Source: Chiloscyllium plagiosum (lineage: Eukaryota). Taken from it: a stretch of 64,000 nt of DNA. The position numbers and the translations under genes were made by a program. The DNA lies in NCBI RefSeq assembly GCF_004010195.1, contig NC_057734.1, forward strand, positions 29,919,564 to 29,983,563, given 5' to 3'. The notes below the pieces were generated by a model. That model worked only from the letters and a program-made list of their open reading frames with translations. It was not told where the DNA came from and did no database searches. Below, one piece after another: positions 1 through 13,400 of this stretch (its first letter is position 1; each line of letters begins with the position of its first letter).

Positions 1-547
1 CTTGACCTCCTCACTGTTCAAGGTGAATCAGTAGTTTGCTTGCACAGGTCATTCTGCTATAGCACGTTTTGTTAATGCAAATTCACTATAACATGATTGA
101 TGTATTGGGGTCACTTTCTAAAGCACAAACTTTTAAAGTGCATATTGGTTATTATGCAATTCCGGCCCAATTAGTTTAAATGGCACTGCTATTATGCAAA
201 TAACCTGGTGTGGTGTGATTTTTAACTTTGCTTCAAGAAGCATTCCTTCGTTAGGCACCATTGCACCCTCCTTCGCACACCCTCTTACTGCAGCCACAAC
301 GTTCTCCTGTCGTTAAAAACGGTTAAGAAATGTTGGAAACGCTCAAATCAAACACTATGTGTAAGATCACCCGCTTCACCAGGCGGTGCTGATATCAGGC
401 CAACAGCCTCCAATCTACTCTCCATACATTTGCATCACTCCTCTGGCCCACCCCGATTTCGGCAGCAAGGAACCTCGGGGGGGGGCGCACTATCAGTAGG
501 CGTAGGCCCTCAAAACCCCGCTCCTGCCAGTCCCAAAGCCCGATTAC

Positions 548-631
548 CTTCTTGTGATAAGCGGCGACAAGTGGTGCCCGAGCCCTCAGCACAAGCCGCG
601 ACAGAGAGCACGGAACCATGACCGCCGCCAT
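548..631 (-). CDS. ISCU: ISCU coding exon 1 (mitochondrial targeting peptide); rest of gene lies left of the window
   Basis: ATG at 631-629, MAAVMVPCSLSRLVLRARAPLVAAYHKK (28 codons) then GT donor (AAG|gtaatc at 547). YHKK| matches the vertebrate ISCU exon 1 end that precedes VVDHYENPRN. Head-to-head with SART3 as in human. Confidence 0.88.
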
Positions 632-1257
632 TGCCACCGAAACCAGACTGCGTCACACCACCTCCCCACCCCCAACTACATCACAAACTGACGTCACCAG
701 CAGTGGACCCGCCTCATGCTGTTACGTAAGACTGGCCACACCCCCTAGCCTGCTTGGGTTGTATTTGTCGACTGAACATGCGCGTCGGAGGAGACAGAGG
801 GCTGCAAATGCTGGAGAACATGCGCGACACCGCATAAACACGCCCACACGTTGTGACCGAAAAGACCTGCAACGCCTCTTACGTCGGGCAGTCTGGCCAC
901 GCCTCCTTGCGCGGTTGCGTTGCCAACGGAAAAGTGCTCAACGTGGTAAACAAAACGTCGACGCTCTCAGTGCCCTTACCAAGATGGTGACAATAATACC
1001 CCGCTGTCGTCATCTTCAATCGTCCGTTTCATTAAAGCCCACAAGTCGCGTGTTTATGATGTATATATTACGCCCAATTATCCCATATTCACCCGAAAAT
1101 ATCTGTTTTAGACAGTCCCGCTCTAATGTGTGGGATTGTACTTCAGTTTGAAGCTTTGATTAAAATAAGGAATTGTTCTACAAGAGGAAGTTGTGTTTCT
1201 CGGGATGTGGAATGTTTCATTTGATCGGGCGACTTGGCCTTCCCCGCACTGCTTCGC
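632..1257. promoter_or_regulatory. Bidirectional CpG-rich promoter and 5'UTRs of ISCU/SART3
   Basis: CpG-rich stretch between divergent ATGs; CRE TGACGTCA 689-696, TTACGTAA 722-729, two NRF1-like CATGCGCG (about 777 and 819), ZNF143/THAP11-like TGTGGGATTGTACTT about 1129-1143. Confidence 0.7.
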
Positions 1258-1401
1258 ATGATGGCGACTATCGGGAGGCGACGGTCGAGTGAGGCCGAGG
1301 AATTGGAGGTTGGAAGTGGGGGTGACTCGGAGGAGGAAATGGAAGACTCTTCAGAAGATGAGCAAGAAAACGAGGCGGAAATTCAGCGGTTGGAAGAGCA
1401 G
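1258..1401 (+). CDS. SART3: SART3 exon 1
   Basis: MMATIGRRR...ENEAEIQRLEEQ|gtgcga; tandem ATGs at 1258 and 1261. Confidence 0.88.
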
Positions 1402-4400
1402 GTGCGACGTGATGTCGGGCGGGAGAGAGCCCGCGGGATTTAAAACTGTAGCCCAACCTCTCCTGATCCCCCTCACCCCAATCCCACCGCCCACTCCACC
1501 CCCCCCCCCCGTGCCCTCACCCCAATCTCCCTGACACCTCCACTTCCCTGCCCCCTCGCCCCAATCCACCATGCCCCTCAATCCCCCGCACCCTCGCCCC
1601 AAAACTCTCTGCCCGCCTGAACTGCTCACCTTACAGAAAGACACAAAACAAAACACTTCTTGTTGATTGATGAAGTGTAACAAACATCTCAAGCTCCCCT
1701 CAAGAGTCACTTGAAAACCACTTGGTCAGTTTTTTTACAGAGAGAAAATATAGTCTTCTGATGGGGAATAATAAAGTAGCTTTATGCTGACTTATATGAA
1801 TGGCCCATTTTCTAGTTATGTACATATGATCAAGTCATGACCAATAAAATCAAAATGATTTGAAGCATATGCCTTGACTCACATTAAATCTCACTGGCAG
1901 TCAGTGACTAGTGGGATCAATGTTTGGACCTGGCTATTTGCAATACACATAATCGATTTAGATAAGGGAATTAAATGTAATATCTCCAAGTTTGTAGATG
2001 ACACAAAGCCAAGTTGGCAGGGGAGGAGGTGATGCATGGTGAGCTGTAAGGAGGATGCGGGGATGCCTATTTGGACATGTTGAATGAGTGAGCAAATGCT
2101 TGCCAGATGGAGTGTAATGTGGATAAAGGTGTGATTATCCACTTTGGTAACAAAAGCAAGAAGGCTGATAATTATCTAAATGGTGTGCTTGTAGAGAGTC
2201 AGTGAATGTAAGTGTGCAGGTGTAGCAGTAAAGAAAAACAGGTGGCCTTCATAGTGAGAAGATCCAAGTGCAGAAGCAGGGATGTCTTGTTGCAAATGTA
2301 CAGGGCCTTGATGTGACCGCATTTGGAGTATTGTGTGCAGTTTTAATCTCCTTACCTGAGGAATGATGTTCTGGCTATGGAGATTGTGCAGCAAAAGTTT
2401 CTGAGAACAGCAGGACTGATGTATGAAAAGATTGGCTCAATTAGGACTATCTTCACTGAAGTTTACAAGCATGAGGTGGTAATCTTCTAACAGGACTGTG
2501 CAGACTACATGCAGGAAGATTGTTTCCAATAAGAGGAATACAGAACCAGAGGTCATGGTTTAAGAATATGAGATAGGCCATTAAGGACGGAAATGAGAAA
2601 TGTCTTCACCTAGCCGAGTGATCTGTGGAATTATCTGCCAATGAAAGCAGTTAAAGGTGAGACATAAAATGTTTTCAAGAAGGAATTAGGCATTGTTCTT
2701 GGGGCTAAAGGATCAAAAGGTTTGTAGAGAAAGTGCGAACAGGATAATGAGTAGGATGATCAGCCATGATTATATTGAAAAGCAGAGCAGGCTTGAAAGA
2801 CCGAATGGCCTACTCATACTCCTGTTTTCAATGTTTGTCAAGACCCTCTGATCGCTGCTAAACTTTAAATAGTCTTGATCGGGACTAAAGACACATCTCA
2901 AGAATTTGGGACACTTTAATTCCAAAATATCTGCTGCTTATCCTTTTCGGTGCTATTGTGAAAGATTTGGGTGCCAGAAGTGTGATGAACCAGTCTAATG
3001 AGGTGATATTTAAGTCAACCCTATTGCAAGCAAATTTCACCAGAGCATGAGATCTCTGAGCTCATACATATGAAAGTTTAAAAAAGACTGACAGGATTCA
3101 CCTTCATTGTCTAAAGTGAGAGCATTTGTTTGAAAATTGTTGCATTTCAGGGATATATAAGAAGTGTTTAGCTCTGGAAGGTTTATAGTTTGCCAGTTAT
3201 ATTCTCATGTCAACAACTTTCACAGCAGTTTCAGTATGTAAACTGAGTGAGACACAAGTGAATAGTATCGTAATTCTTTATGTTGTATCCCATTTATGAT
3301 ATGGAAGTGCCAGTGTTGGACTGGGGTGGGCAGGGTTAAAAATCCCTGTTAAAAATCACACGACACCAGGTTATAATCCAAATAAACCTGTTGGACTATA
3401 ACTTGGTGTTGTGCGATTTTTAACTGTATCCCATATACGTACTGGTAGTACTTTGTTCCACTTGGGCTACCAGGTCCAATTATAGCAAATACCACAATTT
3501 GACTGAAATACTTTATGTAAGATGAAGTACTGAAATTTGATTTATTCTAAATAGTTTTTTCAATAAGAAGCAGAAAGACACAGGCAAGTCAGTCACTTAC
3601 CTCTGATTTGATCCTATGGTTACCGAGACTTAGTGCCCTCAGAGCAATAAGTCTACAATTTCATGGAAGAATGTACTGTGGTTTTCATGGTAGAGTGGTC
3701 CTGTGCAGCAATGTAAAATAATGTATAATCTGACATGAAGGAAGGGGTACTTTTAAAAACCGTTCATCTGTTTAAAGCATTTTATTTCTGATTTATGGTT
3801 TTATGCTTGTTGTGCCATTGGCCAGGAAGCTTTGTGTTTTCACTTTGTAGCATTAACACAGTTGTCATGATTTGCCAAAGACTGAATAGGCACCTATTTT
3901 TATCTGATGTGTATGATAAGTTAAAAAGTGAGAAGCAGACTTATTTATAACTAACTGGCTATTAAAAAGTTAAATAAAATAATAGATTTTAAGTAGTCCT
4001 AGTAACACTGGCATGGGAACATCAGTAATCTGTGCCCTGTTTCTTTTAGCTTTCCATCAGTGCCTATGATTACAACTGTCACGTGGATCTAATTAAATTG
4101 TTGCGTCAAGAGGGGGAACTGGAGAAATTACGAGCTGCTCGACAGAAGATGAGTGAACTATTCCCCCTTACAGAAGGTAGGAGTATAATTATTAGTTACA
4201 ATGCCAGATGAAACCTGGTTTGTAAAGTGGATCAGAGTTTGTTCACACATTTATAAACAACCTGCTGATAAAAAAATTGAAGAATTAATCCACTTTCACA
4301 AGATTTTGGTTGTGTTTTTAGTTGTGATTTTTAAAATTTCTCCTTTTTCTTGGAGACTGATTATGTGAACATTCTGGTATTGATATGGCAACCACAAAGC

Positions 4401-7400
4401 CATAGTTCATGTCATCCTGACTAATGCTGTTTGTGAAGATTATGTTTTATTGGGAAACAAATCCTATTCTGTTTTGCAGAGCTTTGGTTGGACTGGCTGA
4501 AGGATGAGATTCTAATGGCAGAGGGAACAGCCGACAGGGAGAATGTTTATGAACTCTTTGAGAAGGCCATCAAAGATTATATTTGTAAGTTCCTTTTTAC
4601 ACTTAAATGTTTGTCTGACTCCTAAAAGTGGGCAATCGCAGCTTTCTTTGGTGAAGGCAAACACCTCTCACTGTTGTCCTGCGGATTGGTCATACCTGTT
4701 ACCTGTTGAATATTAATCTTCCTCGCTCCCCCTCCCCCCACCGTGAAATGAAGTGGAAAAAAGGAAAGAGACTTTGATGTTTATTAATTTATTAATGTGT
4801 TAAAAGACATAATGTGCAGACTATATGTAATTTCAAATTATGTTATCCTGAAAGTTAGTTCTCCTCTTACACACACTCTCAGCTTTAAATCAAGGGCTGG
4901 TTAACTAGGAAATTAAAAACCCAAGCAGACAAATAATCAAATAATTAATTTAACTGGAAGTGATGATATAGTATGACAGTATGATGAAGCTCCCCGTATT
5001 AGAAACAATTGAAATTACTGTGATAGACATGTTCCCTGTTGTTCATTCAGGCATTTAAGCTGACCCAACTACAGAACTTTCAGATACTGGTAATCTCTAG
5101 GTAGGTGGCACTCAGCTGTTGAATCTGCAAAGATATCTTCATGAATAGATTCCTAATGAGTTTGCAAGGAATTTTTAGTTATCTAAAGTCTTGATTTTAT
5201 ACCATACTAAACACATCCCACTGGATAGAAAGCATAATTTGGATTGGCTCCACAGTGTGGTAGGCTTTGTTAACTCCATTGTGGAACAACCAGGATGTAA
5301 AAATCAATGCCCACTTAGACCTTGAAAACAATATCATGGGATAAACGTGCTTAAGTTTGTCTAAAGTTACCTTCTGCTGTATTTTAGTAAAGGTATTAAC
5401 TTGTTTGGAATAATTAGGTTAACATTTCTTCTAAAAATAGAAGAAAGTGAATGAACATTTATGATCAGTTATCCCACAATACAGTAACTGAGCCTAATAG
5501 ACTGTCACATGAGATTGTTCCACAGCAGAGTCTAGTCCTGTGGGAAAATATTTTACTGCAGTTATGCAGTTAATGATGTCTCCTGCTGAAGGAGATATTC
5601 CACCCCCCCCACCCCCACCCCCACCTCATACTTGCAGAAAAATAGATTTGCTATGTATGCAACACTATTGGTGAAATCCTCTGAAATTGTTACAGGGTGC
5701 TCACTTGAAGAATTGGTTGTCAGAATGCGTGGACTATTTTAATTCTGTTTTGATGCACAATAATGTTAGTAAATAATTTTCGTTACAGGTCCTGAGATAT
5801 GGCTGGAATATGCCCAGTACTCCATCGGTGGGATTGGTCAGCAAGGTGGTATTGAGCGAGCTCGTGCAATATTTGATCGAGCTTTAACTGCTGCTGGATT
5901 ACATATGACAAAAGGAGTAGCAATCTGGGAAGCATTTAGAGAATTTGAAAATGCTATTTTAGGAACCTTACAGGTAAGGGAATCTGAAATCCAGATTAAT
6001 TTAATGTGAATTAATGATAAATTTGTAAATGCACTGTGTGTGGCATGAAGCAAAATGCAAACTGACAAGAAATAGTTGGTTAGTAGTATAGAATATACAG
6101 AATATATGATATGCCATAGAATATATGTGATTATGTACATTGTTTTCTTTGTTTATTCATTTGTTGAAAACTATTTAAATGTGGGTTTCTCCACCTATGC
6201 CCACAATTTGAATATATTGATTTTGGTCAAGGGAATTCAGTACCAGGGAGTGGGATGACTTCCATTTTTGTGTTTTCAAATTGATTTGAAATAAATAGTT
6301 TGACTACAAATCAAATAGCAGCAGTGCAGCAATTTTGTTTGCGACTGTTGTTATTCCCAGTCTGAAAATGAGATTTTATTGCCAAATCCTTGACTATTGT
6401 TCTGCTGATCCATATTGTTTAGGAACTAGATTGAGATGATTCAAACTAATTTTTAGCTAATAGAAAGGAGCACTTTACCCCAGTATGTGTATTGGATTTG
6501 CATGTGGGTCTCAATGATGAAACAATGTTCACAAGCCCGTGGCAGCACTGTATCTTGCTTTTACCTTTGGTGAATTATTTACTTAAGTTTACCAGTGATA
6601 TTTCCTTCAGTGGAAGAATGACATGAAGTTTTTTCTTTGGATGCTTACACAGATATTTTATTCATGTACAACTGTTTCTCTTGTATTGCTTCATGGGATG
6701 TAGGTGCCACTGGCTCAGCCAGCATTGGCTGCCCATCTCCAATTGCCTTTGAACTGAGTGGCTTATTTGGCCATTTCAGAGGGCAGTTAAAAGTCAATCA
6801 CATTGCTGTGGATCCAGAGCCAAGTATAAGCCATATCAGGAAAGGACAGCAGATTTCCTTCCATAAAGAACCATAAAGAATCAGTGTTAGTTTTGATGAT
6901 AGCTAGTCTGGTGACAATATCTTACACTTTGGATTTATTCATTGAGTTAAGTCCCATTAGCTGTCATTATTTGAGCCCATGTCCCTGGATCTCTGGATTG
7001 CTAGTCCAGTAACGTTACCACGATGCCACCATCTCCTCATAATTGATTTGAAATTGTGAATGAGTAGCAATACTAAACCTCCAGGTTGCTAATTCTCACT
7101 GGATTTGGTATATGTTTATATTTCTAAACAAAGAACAGTATAGCCTCTTTGGTACAGGCCCTTTGGCCCACCAGGCCTGCACTGACTCACAAAGTCTTTT
7201 CTAAAATATAAATCTTTTGCCACCACGTGGTCCATCTTGTATCTGTCAAGATATCTCTTACACGGTGCTATTGTTTCTGCTTCTATCACCTCCTCTGGCA
7301 ACGCTTCCAGGCATTTACTGTGCTCTGCCTGTGTAAAAGAAACACTTGCCTCTCACATCTCCTTTAAATTCTCCCCCTTTTGCTTTAAACCTATGCCCTC

Positions 7401-10400
7401 TTGTAATTGACTTTCTACCCTGGGAAAAAGACTCCAACTATCTAGTATGTTTCTCATAATTTTGTAAACTTCTATTTCATGTTCTGTACCCCATTGAACT
7501 AGAAAATACTGAACAGAAATATTGAATTGCTTCATTATAATTTTCAAAAAAATGTTTCAAAAGTATTTGAGTAAGGAACTGCAATTCCTGAGCTATGTAG
7601 ATACTGTGAGTAACAGGGAGACTGCTGCAAATGCGGTCTGGTAGTGTTGTCAACTTTTGAAATTTTCTCCTGGTTGATGTGAAAATCTAAATTGTTTGCT
7701 TACAAACACAGTGTTTAAGAAGATTGGGGTGAGCTGGAATGTCTAAGTGAGTCCCCCTATTTCAATCCAGGAACTGGCAGTTTAATTAAATGAAAGTCTT
7801 TCCTCCGTCAGGCCTCACCCGGTAGCATTTTGACTCCAGAACAGCAGGAGATGGTGAATGCACAGCTTGAGCGGATACACACACTCTTCAAGAGGCAGCT
7901 GGGCGTCCCTTTGCTTGGTAAAGTACTTTTGAATTTACTTACGGCTAACTGTGCATCCTATGGGAATTGTAAAGTTATGTTGAATTTGTTTTGAGTACGA
8001 GTAAGTGTTAGATAGGCACTTATAAATCTCTTATAATTGATGAATCGACATAAATTAGGCAAGGAGATTCTACCACATGCCCATTGCTCCCAACAGACTG
8101 TTGGAACTTTTATGTGTGTACCAACCTTTTATCTTTAGATTGTTTAATCATTAGCACAAAAGTGAATTAATTTTATTGTATCTGCATGGTTCATACCTTT
8201 CACCAAAGGGCACTAATTGTATTCCTGGGAATAGTTTCTCCTGCAATACTAAGGGTTATAAATCTGCCAGTTATGTCAGCATAGCCCATACTTAATTCTG
8301 GAGCCTCAGGGCCCTCCACTCACCATTGACTCTATTTTTCTCAATGCTGTTTTGCAATATTTACAATATATTCCAAATGAGACTGCTCCAGTGAGTTGCA
8401 TCGACCATGAAATACTGTAGAACTGGCTTCTAAACTTAGTGACAATCTCTTAAGATGTTTAAAAAAAAAATTACTTGTTGCTATTTTTCCCTCTAATTAT
8501 TTGCTGGCTGCCTACTAGTATGTTGCTCAAGAGATCCCAAACTAAAAATATGTGTAAAGGAGGAGCCATAGGGAGTAAGAGACTGGACCAGTCTTTCAAT
8601 AATTCCCCCACTTTGCACAGACAGACTAAAATGACAGTGTAATTGGATTGGAGAGTATCCCATGGGTTTACTGTTTACATGTTCAAGGCCTATGAGATTG
8701 TTGGAGCAAGTTCATCGGCCTTGTTATTTATATTTTGAGGTTTACCTCATGTTTGGCAAATGTTTGATCCTTATGGCCACACCTCTCTGGGTATAAGTAG
8801 CTCTTGGCAAGGTTGCAGGGTTAAGAACTCGGTATTTTGGAAGCAAGAAGAAAGGAAATGATCAGTGCTGTCTGTTCTGGCTGATGTTACAGCACCCAGT
8901 GGTCTTCAAAGAATGGGACAGCAGGAAGCGTCCAGAAATCTAAGGCATTGATTGTGCTTTCCTTCTTGAGAGAGGGTCAGTGTATGGGCAAGCCATATAC
9001 ATTACTTAAGACAAAATGCAGGTATCTTGATATTGTGGAGTTGTTATCTGAAGACTAGTCTTGGCTGTGATTTTGATCAAAAGAGTGAAATATCACTTGC
9101 TACTGTCTGTCTGTCCCCCATATAGATATGGAGACCACGTATGCTGAATATGAGGAATGGGCTGATGAGCTACCCAGTGAATCTGTGACACAAATGTACA
9201 AGAAGGCCCTGCAGCAGATGGAAAAACGCAAGCCCTTTGAAGAAAGTCTGGTACAATTTGAACTTTGTTATTCTAGTTTTTGAGTACTGGAGGTTTGTTC
9301 TTCGTTAGGGGCCAGTTCATATTAAATGAACATAGAAAATAGACGCAAACATAGGCCATTCAACTCTTCCAGCCTGCTTCACCAATCAGTATGATCATGG
9401 CTGATCATCCAATTCAATACCCCGTTCCAGCTTTCTTCCTATATCCTTTGATTCCTTTAGCCCTAAGAAGTATGTCTACTTCCTTCTTGAAAATATTCAA
9501 GTTTTGGTCTCAAACGCTTTCTGTGGCAAAGAATTTCCACAGGCTCACCGTTATTTGGGCGAAGGAATTTCTTCTCCTTGCAGTCCTAAATGACCTACCC
9601 CATATCTTTAAAGTGTGACCCCTGGTTCTGGATTGGGAACATAGATTTCTATGAGATCACCCTCATTCTTCTGATTTCCAATGAAAGTAGTTCTAACCAA
9701 TCCAGTCTCTCTTTATATGTTCATAAGTACATAAGACATAGGAACAGAATTAGGCCATTCGGCCCATCGAGTCTGCTCCACCATTCGATCATGGCTGATA
9801 TATAATTTTTTTTAAGAATCCCTATTGTGTGGAAACAGGCCGTTTGGCCCAACTAGTCCATACCGACCCTCCGAAGAGTATCCCACCCAGACCCATTTCA
9901 CTATCCTATTACTCTACATTTAACCCTGTCTCATGTACCAAACTTGTACATCCCTGATTTAGCGCATCCAATTCACCTAACCTGCACATCTTTGGATTAT
10001 GGGAGAAAACCGGAGCACCGGGAAGAAACCCATGCAGACATGGGAAGACTGTGCAAATATTACACAGACAGACAGTTACCCGAGGCTAGAATCGAACCCA
10101 GGTCCCTGGTGCTGTGAAGCAGCAGTACTAACCACTGAGCCACTGTGCCGTCCCAAATTCCTGCCATCCCAGGAATTAGTCTGGTAAACCTTTGTTGCAC
10201 TCTCTCCATAGTCAGAACATTCTTTCTCAGTTAAGGAGACCAAAATTGCACATAATATTTAGACGGTGACATGTCAAATCCTCCTGCATTTGAAATCCTC
10301 TCACTGTGAAGGTCAACATACCATTAGCCTTCTTTTCCACCTGCTGCACCTACATGCTTACTTTCAGTGTCCAATGTACAAGCACACCCATGCTTCATTG

Positions 10401-13400
10401 CATCTGCACCTTTCCCAATCTCTCACCATTCACATAATCTGCCTTCCTGTTTTTGCTACCCAAGTGGATAACCTCACACTTATCCACATTGTTCTTCAAC
10501 TGCCATACATTTACCATGCACTCAACTTGTCCAAATAACACTGAAGCATATCGGCATCCTCCTCACAGTTCCCCCACCCTCCCTCCCAGCTTTGTGAATT
10601 GCAAATTTGGAGATGTTACATGTAGTTCCATCATCTAACTCATTAATACACATTGTCAGTAGCTGTGGTCCATGCTCTGATCCCTGCAGTATGCTAGTAG
10701 TCACTGATTGCCTCTCAAAAAAAAAAGACCTGTTTAATCCTTCTCTTTATTTCCCTGTCTGCCAACCAGTTCTATATCCGTGTCAGTACATTACTCTTAA
10801 TCCCATGTGCTTTAATTTTTCCTGCTAACCTCTTGTGTGGGACCTTCTGGAAAGCCTTCTGAAAGTCCAGGTATATCACATCCACTGGCTCTCCCTGATT
10901 AACCCCTCTTGTTAGATCTTTGAAAAATTCCAATATATTTGTCAAGTATGATTTCACTTTCATAAATGCATGCTGACTGTGTTAAATCTTGTTATTGTTT
11001 TCCAAATACTCAGCTTTTAAATCTTTTACATGGACTCTAGCATTTTCTCCACTATTGTTGTCAGGCTATTTGGTCTATAGTTCTGTTTTCCTCTCTACCT
11101 CCTTTTTTTAAAACAGAGGGGTTACATTAGCTACACTCCTATCCATTGGAACTGTTTCAGAATCTATAAAATCTTAAAAGATGAATACCAGTGCATCCAC
11201 TGTCACAAAAGAAAATTAACTTTAAAATTCACTGATAGCAATTGATCGTTCAATCTTTGTGGCAACCTTGATGTTTTTCGCTGTTGTTTGCATTTTGAAT
11301 AAAAATGTGCAATTCAGCAAATAGTGATTCCTGATGAAGGGCTTTTGCCCGAAACGTTGATTTCGCTGCTCCTTGGATGCTGCCTGAACTGGTGCTCTTC
11401 CAGCACCACTAATCCAGATTCTGGTTTCCAGCATCTGCAGTCATTGTTTTTACCTTAAAAAAACCCAGTGGATTAAAGAGAAAGGTTAGTTGGTTAGTTT
11501 TATTCCAGGATCATGAGATAGCCTAGATCTGACTGCCAAAATGATTACAATCCATTCAGGATTTTATTCAATTTGAAGAATATTTAGTGTCTTATTTTAT
11601 TTGGTCTGTGTCAATCATGTATAGCTTGTGAGAAGTAGTTGACATGCTAGCAAAGCTTTCAATTCCACATATTGAATTAACTTATTGATTATTGCATAGT
11701 CAGATACTGAAGACACAAAATCAATGATTAGTGGAACAGCTGCTCAAGAATTTCTGTCTCCCATGTATTGGGCCGACTTTCTTTCAATTGGGCACCCTTG
11801 TGATTAATCTTTCCCGGGCATTTTAGGTGTTTTTAAGGTGTATTCGCATTCTTATCCCGTATAGTTAGCCCAATTGATCAATACAATAATGTCAGTAAAG
11901 GCATACCTGTTGGTCTTTTTTCCTAAACATAAAACTCTAGAACGTGACCTGTCAGAAGTGCTCCCTGGATGTTGGAAATAAGAATAAGCCTTTCCATTGT
12001 GGATTTTGTAGAATCATAGAATCCTTACAGTGTGGAAATATGCCATTTGGCCCATCATATTGATACTGATCCTCTGAAGAGCATCCCACCCAAGAAACCC
12101 CCCCCCCCCCCCCAGGAAAAAGAAAATCCTAATATCCCAACATTTACATTGGCTAACTTACTTAGCCTGTACATCCCTGGATGCTACAGGCAATTTAGCA
12201 AGGCCAGTCCACCCAACCGGTACGTCTTTAGTCTGTGGGAGGAAACTGGAGCACCTGAAGGAAATCCACATATACATGTGGAGAATATGCAAACTTGAAA
12301 CGATCACCCAAGGCTGGAATTGAATCCGAGCCTCTGGTGCTATGAGGCAGCAGTGTTAATCACTGTGCCACCATGCTGCCCAATCTGTATGACTGTGCTG
12401 CCCTGTGTACTTTTATATATCTCTTTGATGTCAATTCATTTTCCTGTAATGGAGCCCAGACAAAATTACCACGTTCATTTATATTTCTGTTTCTGTTAAA
12501 GATTTAAGCAGCAGGGCTTGCTGACTGAGCTGTTCTGTTGGTTATTGTGGTTTTTGTTTATTTGCTCATGGGAAGTGGCTGTTTTTGGCCCATCCATCTC
12601 TAATTGCCCTTGAGAAGGGGATTGTGAGCTGCCTATTTGTTCTTGTGTGTAGGTAAGCTCTGTGTAGTTTGGAAGGAAGTTTTGGGATTTTCAGCCAATG
12701 ACATTGTGGAAATTGTAATATGGTTTCAAAGCAAGACAGTGTGTGGCCAGGGGAGCTACTGGCAGGTGGTGGTGTTCCCATGAGACTGCTGCTGTTATCC
12801 TTCTAGATTCTGGAGATTCTGGGTTTGGAAGGTGCTGTAGAAAGATGTTACTTGTTCTGAGAGTTAGATAACATTGATCCTGGTTTCTGGACATTCATTG
12901 TGTGGAGCATTCATTTAGTCCAACTTATGCTGTAGGGCATTATTCTACAGTTGCATCAAAAATAGTTGATCCCATCCTTGCATTAGATTTGCCAGTTAGG
13001 TTTACCATTGTGATGTGGTTTCCAGTTTGATGAATTGGGTACTAATGCACAAACAGAAGGTTTCAGATTCCAGAAATCTGAATAGGAAATGCTGAAAATA
13101 CTTCACAACTCAAGCAGCATCTCTAGAGTGAGAAACAGTTTCTGTAATGAACACTGAAATATTTGATCTTTTAAAACAAAACTTCGTCTTGCCTTTGAAA
13201 CAATTATTATGGAGTAGTGTGTTTGCTAAATGACTTTTTTTTGTTTGTTCCATTACAGTTGGTAGCAGATCCTCCCAAACTAGCAGAATATCAAGCTTAC
13301 ATTGACTTTGAAATGAAGGAAGGCGATCCAGCACGAATTCAGATAATCTTTGAACGGGCATTGTCCGAGAACTGTTTAGTGCCAGACTTATGGGCACGTT

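Noticed and set aside
618-1151. 177-aa ORF across the ISCU/SART3 promoter
   Set aside because: Typical chance ORF in a GC-rich island with no recognisable domain.
2983-3059. GTGATGA...CTGA spaced like a C/D box snoRNA in SART3 intron 1
   Set aside because: No convincing terminal stem, C'/D' boxes or recognisable rRNA/snRNA guide; a snoscan or Rfam search would be needed.
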